Shown piece after piece: positions 29,367-39,348 of a DNA stretch of 64,000 nt. Numbering within the stretch: the first letter of the stretch is position 1; each line of letters opens with the position of its first letter. The stretch lies in assembly GCA_046546105.1 (NCBI GenBank), contig JBKGYN010000003.1:2178-66177 (forward strand), written 5' to 3'. The notes under the pieces were generated by a model, which saw nothing but the letters and a program-made list of their open reading frames with translations, ran no database searches and was not told the origin of the DNA. Made by a program: the position numbers and the translations under genes. This DNA comes from Candidatus Woesearchaeota archaeon. Lineage in GTDB: Archaea; Nanobdellota; Nanobdellia; Woesearchaeales; SKGA01.

Positions 29367-31374
29367 AGATTACCTCGTAAGTGAGTAGAAAGCATTCTGC
29401 ATAATCCTGTATCGAGGTGTATTGGGAGAGTGATTGTTTGATCTCGTATAGTTCTTTTCGCGGTTCTTTTTTCTCATGGTAAGGGATGCTCTCGTAGTTA
29501 ATCTCGTCGTGGGTCTTGCAGGTGGAGAGCTTATCGAAAATGATGTTCGGATTCAAGAAATAGCTATCGTTCCGTTCGGCAAGATATCCTTTCTGCAAGA
29601 GAGATTTCACAATATGTTCAATACCTTCAAGTGATTGAAGAACAGTTTGCAGCTCTCCCAGTGTCATTTCTTTTTTGGAGTATATCGTTTGCAGCACCAT
29701 CAGTTCTTGTTGTGAAAGTGTTGATAATTGCGGGACTTGCTTGACAGAAGCGGTCTCCTTATCAACTATGATCCCCCCATCAGTCCTGTCGATAAGAAGT
29801 TGGTACGAACTCTCTCCTTCCGTGCAGGTCAATTGGTATGCAGGAACAAGTATGGTTCGTATCTCTTTGACTTCCTTGTCGCTCATCAGCTTGAGATCCT
29901 TGGAATCTGCGGTCGGTTTGATGACAGGCAGCACTTCTTCGTTCTCGAACTGCTCAATCTGCTCGAAGATATCGCTTCCGCCTTCATCGCTCATAGGATT
30001 CTGTCCGAGGATGTCTATGGCTTGCCCCCCATGGAGACTCTTTCGTGGCCTGACTCGGACAAACAAGGGGACTTCAGTAACTCCTGTGACAAGAGATGTT
30101 CCGATACTGATTTCCTGCATCTCTTTTTCTGTGCTTGCAGTCAACCCCTCGACACTGTTTGATATCGCTTTGATATCATTAGGATTCGTGACCTTCATGA
30201 TGAGTTGTGTGCTGCACTGGCTTAACACAGATTTATCCACCCGCGCAGGTCGTTGGCTGACAACACCTAGCCCCAAGCCGAATTTCCTTCCTTCACTTGC
30301 TATGGTCCGCAGTACTTTTGAAGATTTCTTTTCGCCAAAACTTCGTTCAGGACAGTAGTTGTGTGCTTCTTCAACGACGAGAAAGAATGGGGGTATCGTG
30401 TTTTTTTTACGGGCGTCAAAAAGGTCTTTGGTGAGCTTGTAGACAATGATGTCTTGGATTTCAGGATCGATTCCTTTGAGATTGAGCACTGAACAGGTTC
30501 CGGACGATACCAGTTCATGGTATGGCGTCGGCGCATCAGAGAAGAGGTTCATGCCTCGCAACTGTTCGATTATGCTGATGACATTCCATTTAGCGTTGGA
30601 TTCTTCTTGGTGAAGGCTTGAGAGAACACTGTCGAAATCGCAGGCATCAAGGTGTTGTGTTGCGCTGTGAAGAAGCCCTAGTTGCGTACTCGATAATTTT
30701 GTCGGTAGCATCTCGACGAGTTCTTGTGAAGAAATTTTGTTCGTGAGCTTGAGCGGTCTGACCTGTTTTGAGATATTCGGATCGCCGTACTCGTTGACAT
30801 TGAATCTTTCCGGTCGCACATCGAAATATGCCATCTGGGATATCTCGCTCTCTTCCGTATTCTCATGCTTCATTGAAGAGTATTCGCCGTGCGGATCGAT
30901 GATGAGAAGAGGCACGTTCTTATCGATGATCTCTTCAAGAAGGACCCCTACTGTATAACTTTTTCCGGAACCGGATTTTGCCAGTATTGCAACGTGTTTT
31001 GTCAGGAGTTTTCGCAAGTCGAGGTATATAGGAATGTCTTTCCCATCAAGTTTTCCAAGATACGCCCCATGATCCTTGCTCTCTAGCTTCACGACTTCTC
31101 GTATGAAATCATCTTGTGCCAAGAATACCTCGCTTCCGGGCTCGAACGGTATGCGCAGCTTCTTGATCTTTCGATCATCCTTATCCTTGTATCCGATAAT
31201 ATGGCATTGTGCTGTTGTCATGGATTCTTGCTTCTCGAGTTCTATGACTTGACAGAGCACGTAATCATACACGTCATGATAGACTTGCACATAATCGAAC
31301 TTTGTAACTTCCCGCTCCACGATAAAGCGGAATTCAGTTGTTGTAACCTTACCATAAATTTTCCCTACAAGCAT
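29332..31374 (-). CDS. HerA/FtsK-superfamily ATPase (DUF87) with C-terminal winged-helix-like extension
   Basis: N-terminal HAS barrel, KHVAILAKSGSGKSY, IIDPHGEY, VEEAHNY, SEGRKFG and SQRPA. Confidence 0.88.
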   Translation of the reverse strand: MLVGKIYGKVTTTEFRFIVEREVTKFDYVQVYHDVYDYVLCQVIELEKQESMTTAQCHIIGYKDKDDRKIKKLRIPFEPGSEVFLAQDDFIREVVKLESKDHGAYLGKLDGKDIPIYLDLRKLLTKHVAILAKSGSGKSYTVGVLLEEIIDKNVPLLIIDPHGEYSSMKHENTEESEISQMAYFDVRPERFNVNEYGDPNISKQVRPLKLTNKISSQELVEMLPTKLSSTQLGLLHSATQHLDACDFDSVLSSLHQEESNAKWNVISIIEQLRGMNLFSDAPTPYHELVSSGTCSVLNLKGIDPEIQDIIVYKLTKDLFDARKKNTIPPFFLVVEEAHNYCPERSFGEKKSSKVLRTIASEGRKFGLGLGVVSQRPARVDKSVLSQCSTQLIMKVTNPNDIKAISNSVEGLTASTEKEMQEISIGTSLVTGVTEVPLFVRVRPRKSLHGGQAIDILGQNPMSDEGGSDIFEQIEQFENEEVLPVIKPTADSKDLKLMSDKEVKEIRTILVPAYQLTCTEGESSYQLLIDRTDGGIIVDKETASVKQVPQLSTLSQQELMVLQTIYSKKEMTLGELQTVLQSLEGIEHIVKSLLQKGYLAERNDSYFLNPNIIFDKLSTCKTHDEINYESIPYHEKKEPRKELYEIKQSLSQYTSIQDYAECFLLTYEVIYVDDETPDNNN

Positions 31375-31532
31375 GCTATCGACAGAACACAAATACCTTT
31401 AAAAAGCTTTGTGCTACCCGTCCAGTCACCCTGCAACAAGCAGAAAACGTTATTTCGAGACATGGACGTGAGTGGACGGTTTCTATGTCTATAGTCACTA
31501 AAAGATGCAAGAAAGTACCGAGCGCAGTTGTT

Positions 31533-32849
31533 CTATCGTTTTTCGTATCCTCTCATATCATCTCGTGTAGTTTTTGTTATCTCGACAGGCACCTCTTTAC
31601 CGACAAGATCCTCATCACTCTCCACAACGACCTGTCTGTAATTTCCGGTCCGTCCCAAGAAAGTATTTTTTTTATGACCTCTCTCGATGATGACCACATT
31701 CACTGTTGAACCGACATAGCTTTTGTTTGGATCGAGAGTGGAGAAATATTTGCTCAACTTTGTACTTCTTTCTTTGATGGTTTTTGTCGGCAAAGGTTTG
31801 AGTTGTGCTGCAAGCGTTCCTTTCCGCGGATAGAATTTTGAGATGTTGAGCACAGGGAATCGGTGTTTGCGAACCAATGCCATTGTCTGCTCGAAATCCT
31901 CTTCCGTTTCTGTCGGATAACCGCAGATGATATCAGTTGCTATTGTGATCTCAGGTATCTCTTCACGGAGAACTTTTACTGATTCTTCGAATTGATCTCG
32001 AGTATATGGTCTATTCATCTCATTCAGGACCTTATCGCTTCCTGATTGCAGCGGTATATGAAGAAATTTGTAGAAGATATCATGCTTGAGTAACCTCGCA
32101 AGTTCATGACGGAATCGGTAGACATAATGAGGATTTATCATCCCAACGCGTATTTTCAAGCCACCACCTACACCGGCCATTTCTTCAAGCAGCGTTGGCA
32201 GGTCAGTACCTATATCAAGTCCGTAACCGCCATTATCTTCTGAGACAAGCCATACTTCTCGCATACCTCCTGCTTTTGCCATCCTCACTTGCCATACTAT
32301 ACTTTCTTTCGGAAAACTTTTCAATTGCCCCCGGGCGCTTTTGGTCTTACAATATGCGCATGTTCCCAAACAACCTTGCAATAAGGGGATAATCGCTACA
32401 TAGTCATTCTTTCTTGTCAGAGGCAGGAACGTCCTATCAAACGGCTGTACCGTTCTTGATAATTCGTGAGCGACTTCTCCACGCAGCGTCCGCTCGACAA
32501 CCTCTTCGATCTTGTGAACCTGATCTACCCCGATTGCACTCCATCTCTTCAACCAATCATCTTGTTCTTGCGATTGAGGAATACAACCCGCAATCACTAC
32601 AGGCTTGTTGATCCGTTCAAGAGAGGAGAAGAATTTGCTTTCTGACGGATCTTTTACAGTGCAAGTGTTAAAGATTATAATATCCGCACGATCCATCTCG
32701 GAAAACATATCTCTTTTATCTTTCCTTGTCCGTACAGCCTCATCAAGTCCGATGATTTCATGCCCGTTTCTAGCGAGATAGTCCGCCATCGTCTCACTAT
32801 CAGCCATATTATGAGAACATCCGTAAGTCTTGATATAGATACGTGCCAT
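31533..32849 (-). CDS. tRNA t6A37 methylthiotransferase (MiaB-like, archaeal e-MtaB/CDKAL1 type)
   Basis: TYGCSHN, NTCTVK, AGC, GCLGTCAYC, HIPLQSGS, TDIICGYPTE and a C-terminal TRAM domain. Confidence 0.9.
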   Translation of the reverse strand: MARIYIKTYGCSHNMADSETMADYLARNGHEIIGLDEAVRTRKDKRDMFSEMDRADIIIFNTCTVKDPSESKFFSSLERINKPVVIAGCIPQSQEQDDWLKRWSAIGVDQVHKIEEVVERTLRGEVAHELSRTVQPFDRTFLPLTRKNDYVAIIPLLQGCLGTCAYCKTKSARGQLKSFPKESIVWQVRMAKAGGMREVWLVSEDNGGYGLDIGTDLPTLLEEMAGVGGGLKIRVGMINPHYVYRFRHELARLLKHDIFYKFLHIPLQSGSDKVLNEMNRPYTRDQFEESVKVLREEIPEITIATDIICGYPTETEEDFEQTMALVRKHRFPVLNISKFYPRKGTLAAQLKPLPTKTIKERSTKLSKYFSTLDPNKSYVGSTVNVVIIERGHKKNTFLGRTGNYRQVVVESDEDLVGKEVPVEITKTTRDDMRGYEKR

Positions 32850-32954
32850 GCTGAACAAGAACACAAACAGTCCTTATATAAAAGTTTCATGGTATTATAT
32901 GGTTTGAAAACGGAGAGAAATAGCGTGAATAAGAAAAAAGATATGTAGACGGAC

Positions 32955-33773
32955 TCACCAGTTCATCTCGGCATGCTTGAGAGACTGTTGGTTCCTGACA
33001 TCCATCCACTTACCATAGAAGATATATCCTGCCAAGTTGTTATCATCAGCAAGTTTTGGAAAAACATCGCTTTCAAGACGCCCATATCCTTCAGGTGCTT
33101 CAGTGATGACTTCCGGATCGAAGATGTAGAGTCCTGCATTGATAAGGTTTGTCGGTGTCGAACTTTTCGGTTTCTCGACAAAACTGTACACCCTGTTCCC
33201 GTTGAGCACGACTTCACCGTATTCTCTTGTACTGGAAGCTGTAGTGACTGCGATGGTGGCTGAAGTTCCCTGTTTTTTGTGGAATTCGAACATCTCTTTG
33301 ATATTGATCTCTTTAAGCTCATCACCATTGCAGACAAGGAATGTGCTGTTGATAAGCGGTGCTGCCTTTCTGATAACCCCTGAGGTTCCAAGCGGGTGCT
33401 CTTCCTCGATGTATCTTAATGAAACTCCAAAGTGTGAGCCATCACCGAGTCGATCTTTGACCATCTCTTTCTTATATCCCACTGCGATGATAAACTCTTT
33501 AATCCCCTGGCGTTTGAGCATGAGAATGTTGTGTTCGAGGATTGTTCTTCCGTTGATTTCGATCATTAAGGTAGGCAGCTCTTTTCCTTCTTGCTCCACG
33601 ACATGTTTTCCTCCCGCCAGTATAATCGCTTGAGCAATGTGTTGGCGCTTGAGAGTCTTCGATAGATTCAGCTCGATAGCATGACTCCTGTTCTTGACCA
33701 TGACCCCGTCGATCTGATTATCGAGAGCATCGAGAAGTTCTTGATCGATTGTTATCGTGATTCGTTCTTTCAT
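32955..33773 (-). CDS. Ribbon-helix-helix domain fused to a sugar-phosphate nucleotidyltransferase-like domain
   Basis: RITITIDQELL..LD..NRSHAIE (RHH), then AIILAGG, PLGTSG, NGD, F.EKP, INAG.Y and W.D. Confidence 0.82.
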   Translation of the reverse strand: MKERITITIDQELLDALDNQIDGVMVKNRSHAIELNLSKTLKRQHIAQAIILAGGKHVVEQEGKELPTLMIEINGRTILEHNILMLKRQGIKEFIIAVGYKKEMVKDRLGDGSHFGVSLRYIEEEHPLGTSGVIRKAAPLINSTFLVCNGDELKEINIKEMFEFHKKQGTSATIAVTTASSTREYGEVVLNGNRVYSFVEKPKSSTPTNLINAGLYIFDPEVITEAPEGYGRLESDVFPKLADDNNLAGYIFYGKWMDVRNQQSLKHAEMNW

Positions 33774-33922
33774 AGGATATCCTCCTTTAATCCCTTCTTC
33801 TCAGCAAACACTTATGTGAGCAAGTATGATAGATATTTAAAGATTATGAAATAAAGCACCATACCCGAAGTCAGACTTATAGAAAAAGAAGAGTTTGCAA
33901 ATAAAAAAACATTTCAAGATGC

Positions 33923-34177
33923 TCAAGCATCGATGCCTTCGAGCATACTTGAAATACTCCATATCTGTTGCCTTGTGAACTGGTCAAGATTCGCATCCCC
34001 TGAAATGTCATCAAGGTCTGAAAGGAGCTTGTTGATAGTAAGAGACAGATTGCTCTCGTCCGCTTTCTTGAGTTCAGAGATTATTTCTGAGAATTTGTTC
34101 TTGATGTTCTTTGGTACGTTCGAATCACTTTCCAATTCGCTCATAAAATCGATCACTTCTTCGATTTGTGGATTCAT
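33923..34177 (-). CDS. UPF0147 family protein
   Basis: D.NVPKNIK and D.NL..FTR.QIWSI.S.LE. Confidence 0.85.
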   Translation of the reverse strand: MNPQIEEVIDFMSELESDSNVPKNIKNKFSEIISELKKADESNLSLTINKLLSDLDDISGDANLDQFTRQQIWSISSMLEGIDA

Positions 34178-34232
34178 TCTATCACACCTCGCTCGTTAAT
34201 GCTTCTCATATGGATTTTTCAGATTGTGTGCA

Positions 34233-34562
34233 TCAGGAATTATTTTCACTTTCAGAAAATCCGTCCATGGCTTGTTCCTGAAGAGTTTTAGCTTGTTGGC
34301 GCAAGGATTTTTCCTGTTTTTCGAGCGCTTCAAGACGCTTTGAATAGATTTCTTTTTTCTCTTCCAGATCCTTACGGAGATTTTCTGATGATTTCTTGAT
34401 CATTATAGTTCCGACAATCTGATACCCTTCCTCGACAACCCCAAGTTCTTTGAGTGCTGAATCGATATCGTAGAGATAGCGTTGGTAACCTTGTTTTTGG
34501 GCTACAGTTTGAGAAAGATTCTGTTCAATAAGACGCAATTGTTCGATATCCTTTTGAGACAT
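34233..34562 (-). CDS. pfdB: Prefoldin beta subunit
   Basis: Coiled coil, beta hairpin (Y.IVG.IMIK), coiled coil. Conserved rpl37ae-rpoP-pcc1-pfdB order. Confidence 0.85.
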   Translation of the reverse strand: MSQKDIEQLRLIEQNLSQTVAQKQGYQRYLYDIDSALKELGVVEEGYQIVGTIMIKKSSENLRKDLEEKKEIYSKRLEALEKQEKSLRQQAKTLQEQAMDGFSESENNS

Positions 34563-34618
34563 GTCTTCTCACCTTGTATGATTTGCGATGATGATCGGTC
34601 CTGTCTGAAAATCAGATG

Positions 34619-34864
34619 TCAGTCTTGAATGGAACCCATCTTATTATATACCGTAAGGACCTTGGTGATGGCATTCAATGCTGCCCGTAGCGCAACAGGG
34701 TCATCTGCACTTATCCTGAAGCGAACAGTGACACCTTCTATCTTGACCTCATATTGTGCGCGGTCATTAGCAAGTACCGTATCTTCAGTTTCAAAGAGTT
34801 TCAGGATTTTCGTTGCTTCATCAGAGTCTGATACAGTAACAACTATAGTGCTTTCCAGCTTCAT
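34619..34864 (-). CDS. pcc1: KEOPS complex subunit Pcc1
   Basis: I.ADD.VALRAALN motif and gene context. Confidence 0.85.
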   Translation of the reverse strand: MKLESTIVVTVSDSDEATKILKLFETEDTVLANDRAQYEVKIEGVTVRFRISADDPVALRAALNAITKVLTVYNKMGSIQD

Positions 34865-34998
34865 CGTGCCTTGACGTGAGACGGTTGGCTTCTCGCCTTG
34901 AAGATGATCTTGGAGCCGCAGTAGATGCAGCGCACTTTCTTCTTGATGTACTGGTCTGAAACCGTCCTGTTACATGAAAAGCATCGATATTCTGTCAT
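34861..34998 (-). CDS. rpoP: RNA polymerase subunit P (Rpo12); not in ORF track
   Basis: MTEYRCFSCNRTVSDQYIKKKVRCIYCGSKIIFKARSQPSHVKAR*. GGTGA SD. Its TGA overlaps the pcc1 ATG. Confidence 0.93.
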   Translation of the reverse strand: MTEYRCFSCNRTVSDQYIKKKVRCIYCGSKIIFKARSQPSHVKAR

Positions 34999-35062
34999 GA
35001 CAATTCACCTGTGGTGTAGCGTCTCGTCCTTCAACATAGGATCTGAAGAAAAACAAGAGAGC

Positions 35063-35314
35063 TCATAGCTCTGATACTGAAGTCTGGATACTGGATACTT
35101 TGGAGACAGTGAATGCTTTGCTTGCGAATTTCGCATTGCACTTCTTACACTGCCAAATACCTGCATTCACACGTTTAACTTGCTCTCGGGAACAGTATGG
35201 GCACTTGTATTTCTTATGCTGCTGACTCTCAAGTTTTCCGTACTTATCACGAGCAGTCTTACCATACCTGCTACCGAATCGCTTGACTGATTTTGTTCCT
35301 GCGCTTCGTGCCAT
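35063..35314 (-). CDS. rpl37ae: 50S ribosomal protein L37Ae (eL43)
   Basis: RFGSRYG, CPYC..VKR...GIWQCKKC. Confidence 0.95.
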   Translation of the reverse strand: MARSAGTKSVKRFGSRYGKTARDKYGKLESQQHKKYKCPYCSREQVKRVNAGIWQCKKCNAKFASKAFTVSKVSSIQTSVSEL

Positions 35315-35372
35315 AGTAATTTTCACCTGAATTATGAATGATGATACCCATTACCAGAATGAGGATCTGGTA

Positions 35373-35447
35373 TGGGGCTGCCCAGATTCGAACTGGGGTC
35401 TTAGCGTCCCAAACGCCAGATGATAGACCAAGCTACACCACAGCCCC
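35373..35447 (-). tRNA. tRNA-Pro (anticodon UGG), intronless, CCA not encoded
   Basis: Reverse complement is GGGGCTG..CAGCCCC-A acceptor stem, anticodon arm TGGCG-TTTGGGA-CGCTA and T-loop TTCGAAT. Confidence 0.95.
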
Positions 35448-35554
35448 TTGATGAGACAGTCCGAGAAATGCCAACCGCTTTATAAATCTTTCTGGAGACC
35501 CTTGTCTCACATCAACCCGTTTCAAGCAGTATGCGCAGTTTCCGGAAACAGTGT

Positions 35555-36604
35555 TCAGATGAATGGCCCGAGTCGCTCTTTGAAGTGCTCGATAAGTTCC
35601 ACTGGCGAAGGATCTCGCTCATAGCGGAGAGCCAAGTAGAAGGCAGTAAGATCCCCTATTATCATCGAGGAATAGAGTTTCGTGAGCAGGTGATCGCCGC
35701 TCATCTTCACTTCTGTCGTCTCGACATCGTATTTGGCAGTAATCTCCCGTGTCAGGCTCATCCGTTTCTTGATGCGCCTATGGTCGTCGTCGAAGTTGAA
35801 GAGCACTATATGAAACTCTGCTTTCAGGTCCGTGAATGCCAGCATCTCATTGTGATTGAGTTCGCTGAAGTGGTTCGAGAACGCGTGGACTTTCGAGCAT
35901 TCATTGAGTTGTGTTTTGAACCGATAAGCTACCGGATAGTATTCCTCTGAAGTATAGATTAGAGGGATTTTCCCCTCCAGTTTTTCGCTGATCGAGACTG
36001 CCAGGCTCTTGAAGTCAGGTTTGGCCAGTCCTTTGACGAGCTGGTCGATGCTGCTTTGATGGGATGGCAGGAGCCCGTACCTTTCGAGTATCTTCAGTAA
36101 CGGGAAGAACAGGTACGTGAGTGCAGCGGTCCGAGGCTGGAAGCCTTTAGGGACCTTGAGAAACGGCTTCCTGTTGAGATTCGTGATTTCTTCCAGCTTC
36201 CCGCCTTTCGATAGTGCAACGATGTGTTTTGCTGTCCTGATAGCCTGTCGGTATGCACTCACAGTCTCTTCAGTATTTCCTGAATAGCTGATGGTAAAGA
36301 CAAGCGATTTTTCAGTCAGGCTTTCCGGTACGGAGTATGACCGAGAGACTATCACAGGGATTTTCACGCCTAACCGTTTAAGATAAAGCTTGAGAACCTC
36401 TCCACTGAGTGCTGAGCCTCCCATCCCCAGAACGATTATCCTGTCGAATTCGGCCTTTTCATCAGAAAGATCGACATCATCTCCTAACTCGTAGGCTGCT
36501 CGGATGTCCTGTCCAATATTAGTGTAATGATCAAGAAGTCCTTGTTCGTCATAATGCATGTGATCATCGGGAAATGTACCTTCTACCATGGATTTCACCA
36601 CCAC
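35555..36604 (-). CDS. Bifunctional phosphoglucose/phosphomannose isomerase (SIS)
   Basis: GMGGSA, SYSGNTEET, QPR, R.KTQLNE..K and ELNHNE. Confidence 0.92.
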   Translation of the reverse strand: MVVKSMVEGTFPDDHMHYDEQGLLDHYTNIGQDIRAAYELGDDVDLSDEKAEFDRIIVLGMGGSALSGEVLKLYLKRLGVKIPVIVSRSYSVPESLTEKSLVFTISYSGNTEETVSAYRQAIRTAKHIVALSKGGKLEEITNLNRKPFLKVPKGFQPRTAALTYLFFPLLKILERYGLLPSHQSSIDQLVKGLAKPDFKSLAVSISEKLEGKIPLIYTSEEYYPVAYRFKTQLNECSKVHAFSNHFSELNHNEMLAFTDLKAEFHIVLFNFDDDHRRIKKRMSLTREITAKYDVETTEVKMSGDHLLTKLYSSMIIGDLTAFYLALRYERDPSPVELIEHFKERLGPFI

Positions 36605-36681
36605 TACCTCTCAATAATACAGGAGCAACGGTGATTTATAAAGTATTTGTTTTTTAGGGAGAGAAACAAGAACAGTTGTAT

Positions 36682-37965
36682 TTAAAGGACTTCCCGGTCG
36701 ATCGGGAAATGATCGCTTGTCGGGTATTCGGTGACCAGAGCCGCTTCGAACTGGTTCTTCCAGCCGAAGAATTTCCGTTTCCTCTTGATCTGCGGCCATA
36801 TCTCTTTCAGGATGTGCGGTGCTGTCAGGATCCGTCCGTCCTGCACTTCAATGAGTTCTTCAGGAATATCATAATTGCGTATAAGTTGTTGTCTGATCCC
36901 TTCGAGCGTGAATCCTTCATAGAGCGTATCGAATCCAGAGCTCTCCTCTTCGGGCTCTTCCTCATCAGGAAGGTCCAGAAGCCCCATCTTCTCAACGACG
37001 TGATCGACTTCTTTCTCGTGCTCGTCACGCTCATCCTTTTCAGTGGTCTCTCTGTCCGGTCTCGATTCCCTCTCCTGATTGACAGGCTTAAGTTCTGCCC
37101 TGTAAAGCATCCCTTGCTCATCAACGCTGTCAAATGCCCTGGCCACTGATTCAGCACGTAATCGCAGCCTGTTTCCGAGCTGCACTTTGTCCTTGAATTC
37201 CGCCGAACAGTAGTGGACCGGCATTGTCCTATTTTTGCCGAAGTCGACGAGTTCTTTGGCCAGTTCTTCACTACCATTGATGCCGTATGACAAGTCATCC
37301 TTGACAGCCAGTTTCAATTCCTCGAATCGTGCTTGTGACGCATCGCTGTATTCGAGCTCGTTGAGATTTACGAATTCGATAAAACCAAGTTGTTTGCAAT
37401 AGTTGATAAGTTCTTTCGTCTTCTCGCCGAAGCCAGGAATTGCAGGAACTTCCGCTCCCACGGTGAAGTTCATGCCTTCGGCAAAGTGCGCTTTCTCCCA
37501 CAATAGGATGTCGGCGACGTTGAAGTGTAGCCGCAGTTCATCAAGACCCGCTTCTTCGAGCTGGAAGAGAGCCTCTTGAGTCACATGATCGAGTGTCGTA
37601 TAAAGATGGATGTGGAAATCGTATCCGAATTCTTCTTTGAAAGCTTCTATATAACGGCAGGTGCGTTCCAGTCTCATGAGCGGATCTCCGCCTGTAATCC
37701 CCACGCCCTTTGATTGACAGAGTCTTATCTCTTCGATTGCCTCGTTGATGCCTTCAGGTGCATCGGGCCTTGCGACAACCCGTTCATTGATCTTGACAAC
37801 ATCCTTGTATCTTTTTTCATCAGAAATTGGGCAGTAGAAGCATTTATAATGACAGATTCCTGTTATAAAAAGCACACTCTTGCGTCCTTCGATGCATTGC
37901 TCGCAGCCTTTGGCGAGAGGTCCATAGTGCACTTTTTCTGTTTTCACGAACTCCATCGTTATCAT
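36682..37965 (-). CDS. Radical SAM protein (archaeal uncharacterised family)
   Basis: KGC..C..G.K, CHYKCFYCP, ITGGDP, HIHLYT, GLDELR.H, NLNELE and HYCS. Confidence 0.85.
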   Translation of the reverse strand: MITMEFVKTEKVHYGPLAKGCEQCIEGRKSVLFITGICHYKCFYCPISDEKRYKDVVKINERVVARPDAPEGINEAIEEIRLCQSKGVGITGGDPLMRLERTCRYIEAFKEEFGYDFHIHLYTTLDHVTQEALFQLEEAGLDELRLHFNVADILLWEKAHFAEGMNFTVGAEVPAIPGFGEKTKELINYCKQLGFIEFVNLNELEYSDASQARFEELKLAVKDDLSYGINGSEELAKELVDFGKNRTMPVHYCSAEFKDKVQLGNRLRLRAESVARAFDSVDEQGMLYRAELKPVNQERESRPDRETTEKDERDEHEKEVDHVVEKMGLLDLPDEEEPEEESSGFDTLYEGFTLEGIRQQLIRNYDIPEELIEVQDGRILTAPHILKEIWPQIKRKRKFFGWKNQFEAALVTEYPTSDHFPIDREVL

Positions 37966-38016
37966 CTGAAAAAAGTATCAACTTAAAAATCTTGGGATAG
38001 GCCCTTTCTCCATAGG

Positions 38017-38808
38017 CTAAAAAAGCCCCATATAGTTCATGAAGACCTGATCAGCAGTCTCTTGCTCAGTCATTCCTTTGATTTCAGCGATTTTTCGTAT
38101 CGTGGATCGGACATTCGCCGGTTCATTTGGAACCTCAGGCTCGGGTCCTAGAAACGGCGCGTCGGTTTCTGTGAGGAGTTTGGAAAGTCTTGTCGTCCTG
38201 ACAATCTCTTGCATCTGCTCAAGTTTCGTGACCACTGTGGGTATAGAGAACATCCATCCCTGATCCTGTATTCGCTTGACATATTTTTTCTTTCCCATGA
38301 AGCAGTGCATGATGACTTTTCGGGCATTGTGCTTGATGAGGAGGTCGATTACATCATTCTCTGCTTTTCTTGAGTGGACAATCAGAGGAATATCAAGCTC
38401 GTTTGCCAGTTTTATGAATTTGACAAAGGCATCACGCTGGATTTGTTTCAATCCCTCTTGCTTCTCTAACGAGAGTTCTTTCATCTCAACATCGCCACCT
38501 TCCTCGGCGAATTTGTAATCGAGACCCACCTCGCCGATGGCGACTGGTTTCTGTTTTCTTATGAATTCGATCTCTTCATCGATCTCTTCAGGAGAGTACT
38601 CTACTGTGTGTGTCGGATAGACTCCTAAAGCGGGTTTTATGATATCGTTTTGGGATGCGAGCGCGAGTACTCGCCTATTGCTATGAGGATCAGTACCGTT
38701 TGAGATTATAGCTTTGACCCCTGCTTCCGATGCTCGTATCAGGATCCGATCACTCTTGTGGATAAGGGGTTCCATATCCATATGCGCGTGTACATCGACA
38801 AGTCTCAT
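38017..38808 (-). CDS. tatD: TatD family nuclease
   Basis: DVHAH, IGEVGLDY, VHSR, HCF and ETDAPFL. Confidence 0.92.
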   Translation of the reverse strand: MRLVDVHAHMDMEPLIHKSDRILIRASEAGVKAIISNGTDPHSNRRVLALASQNDIIKPALGVYPTHTVEYSPEEIDEEIEFIRKQKPVAIGEVGLDYKFAEEGGDVEMKELSLEKQEGLKQIQRDAFVKFIKLANELDIPLIVHSRKAENDVIDLLIKHNARKVIMHCFMGKKKYVKRIQDQGWMFSIPTVVTKLEQMQEIVRTTRLSKLLTETDAPFLGPEPEVPNEPANVRSTIRKIAEIKGMTEQETADQVFMNYMGLF

Positions 38809-38873
38809 GGTATCAGCCAACATAGCATGTTAAGGAACGTTATAAAAAGATTGTTTGAAAGGGACAAGAATCC

Positions 38874-39281
38874 CTATCGGTCCTTATCGTTTTCAGGACC
38901 CATATTCTTGAACGATTCAAGGAGATCGATAACGTATTTACCATCTTCAAGCTTGTAGATAAGCGGTTGTTTCTGTTGGAATAGATTGACCAGATCAAGC
39001 TCATATTGTCCTGGCTTGAGAATCTTGATACTCTCTATATCTAGAATCACCGGTTTTTCCAGATCAACATCATCACCAAGAATATCATAGACATCTTCTT
39101 CAATCTGTTGTTTTTCATTATCTGAGAGGTCAAGGATTTGCTGTTGCTCTTCTTTCATCTCCTTGAGTCGTTCTTTCTTGACATAGAAAAAGAGTTTCCT
39201 GCCACAATTAGAGCATCCGTGTAGAATCTCTTGGGATCCATCGTCAAACATCGTTCCGCAAGATACGCATTGGTGTGGCAT
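38874..39281 (-). CDS. oapC: OapC zinc-ribbon protein
   Basis: MPHQCVSCG..GCSNCG, IESI.I..PG.YELD. Third gene of the oap cluster. Confidence 0.88.
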   Translation of the reverse strand: MPHQCVSCGTMFDDGSQEILHGCSNCGRKLFFYVKKERLKEMKEEQQQILDLSDNEKQQIEEDVYDILGDDVDLEKPVILDIESIKILKPGQYELDLVNLFQQKQPLIYKLEDGKYVIDLLESFKNMGPENDKDR

Positions 39282-39348
39282 TTTTTAATCACCGATCAGG
39301 ATATAAATGGGTTCACTGAAAAAAAAAACATGTCGAAAAGAGCTGATT

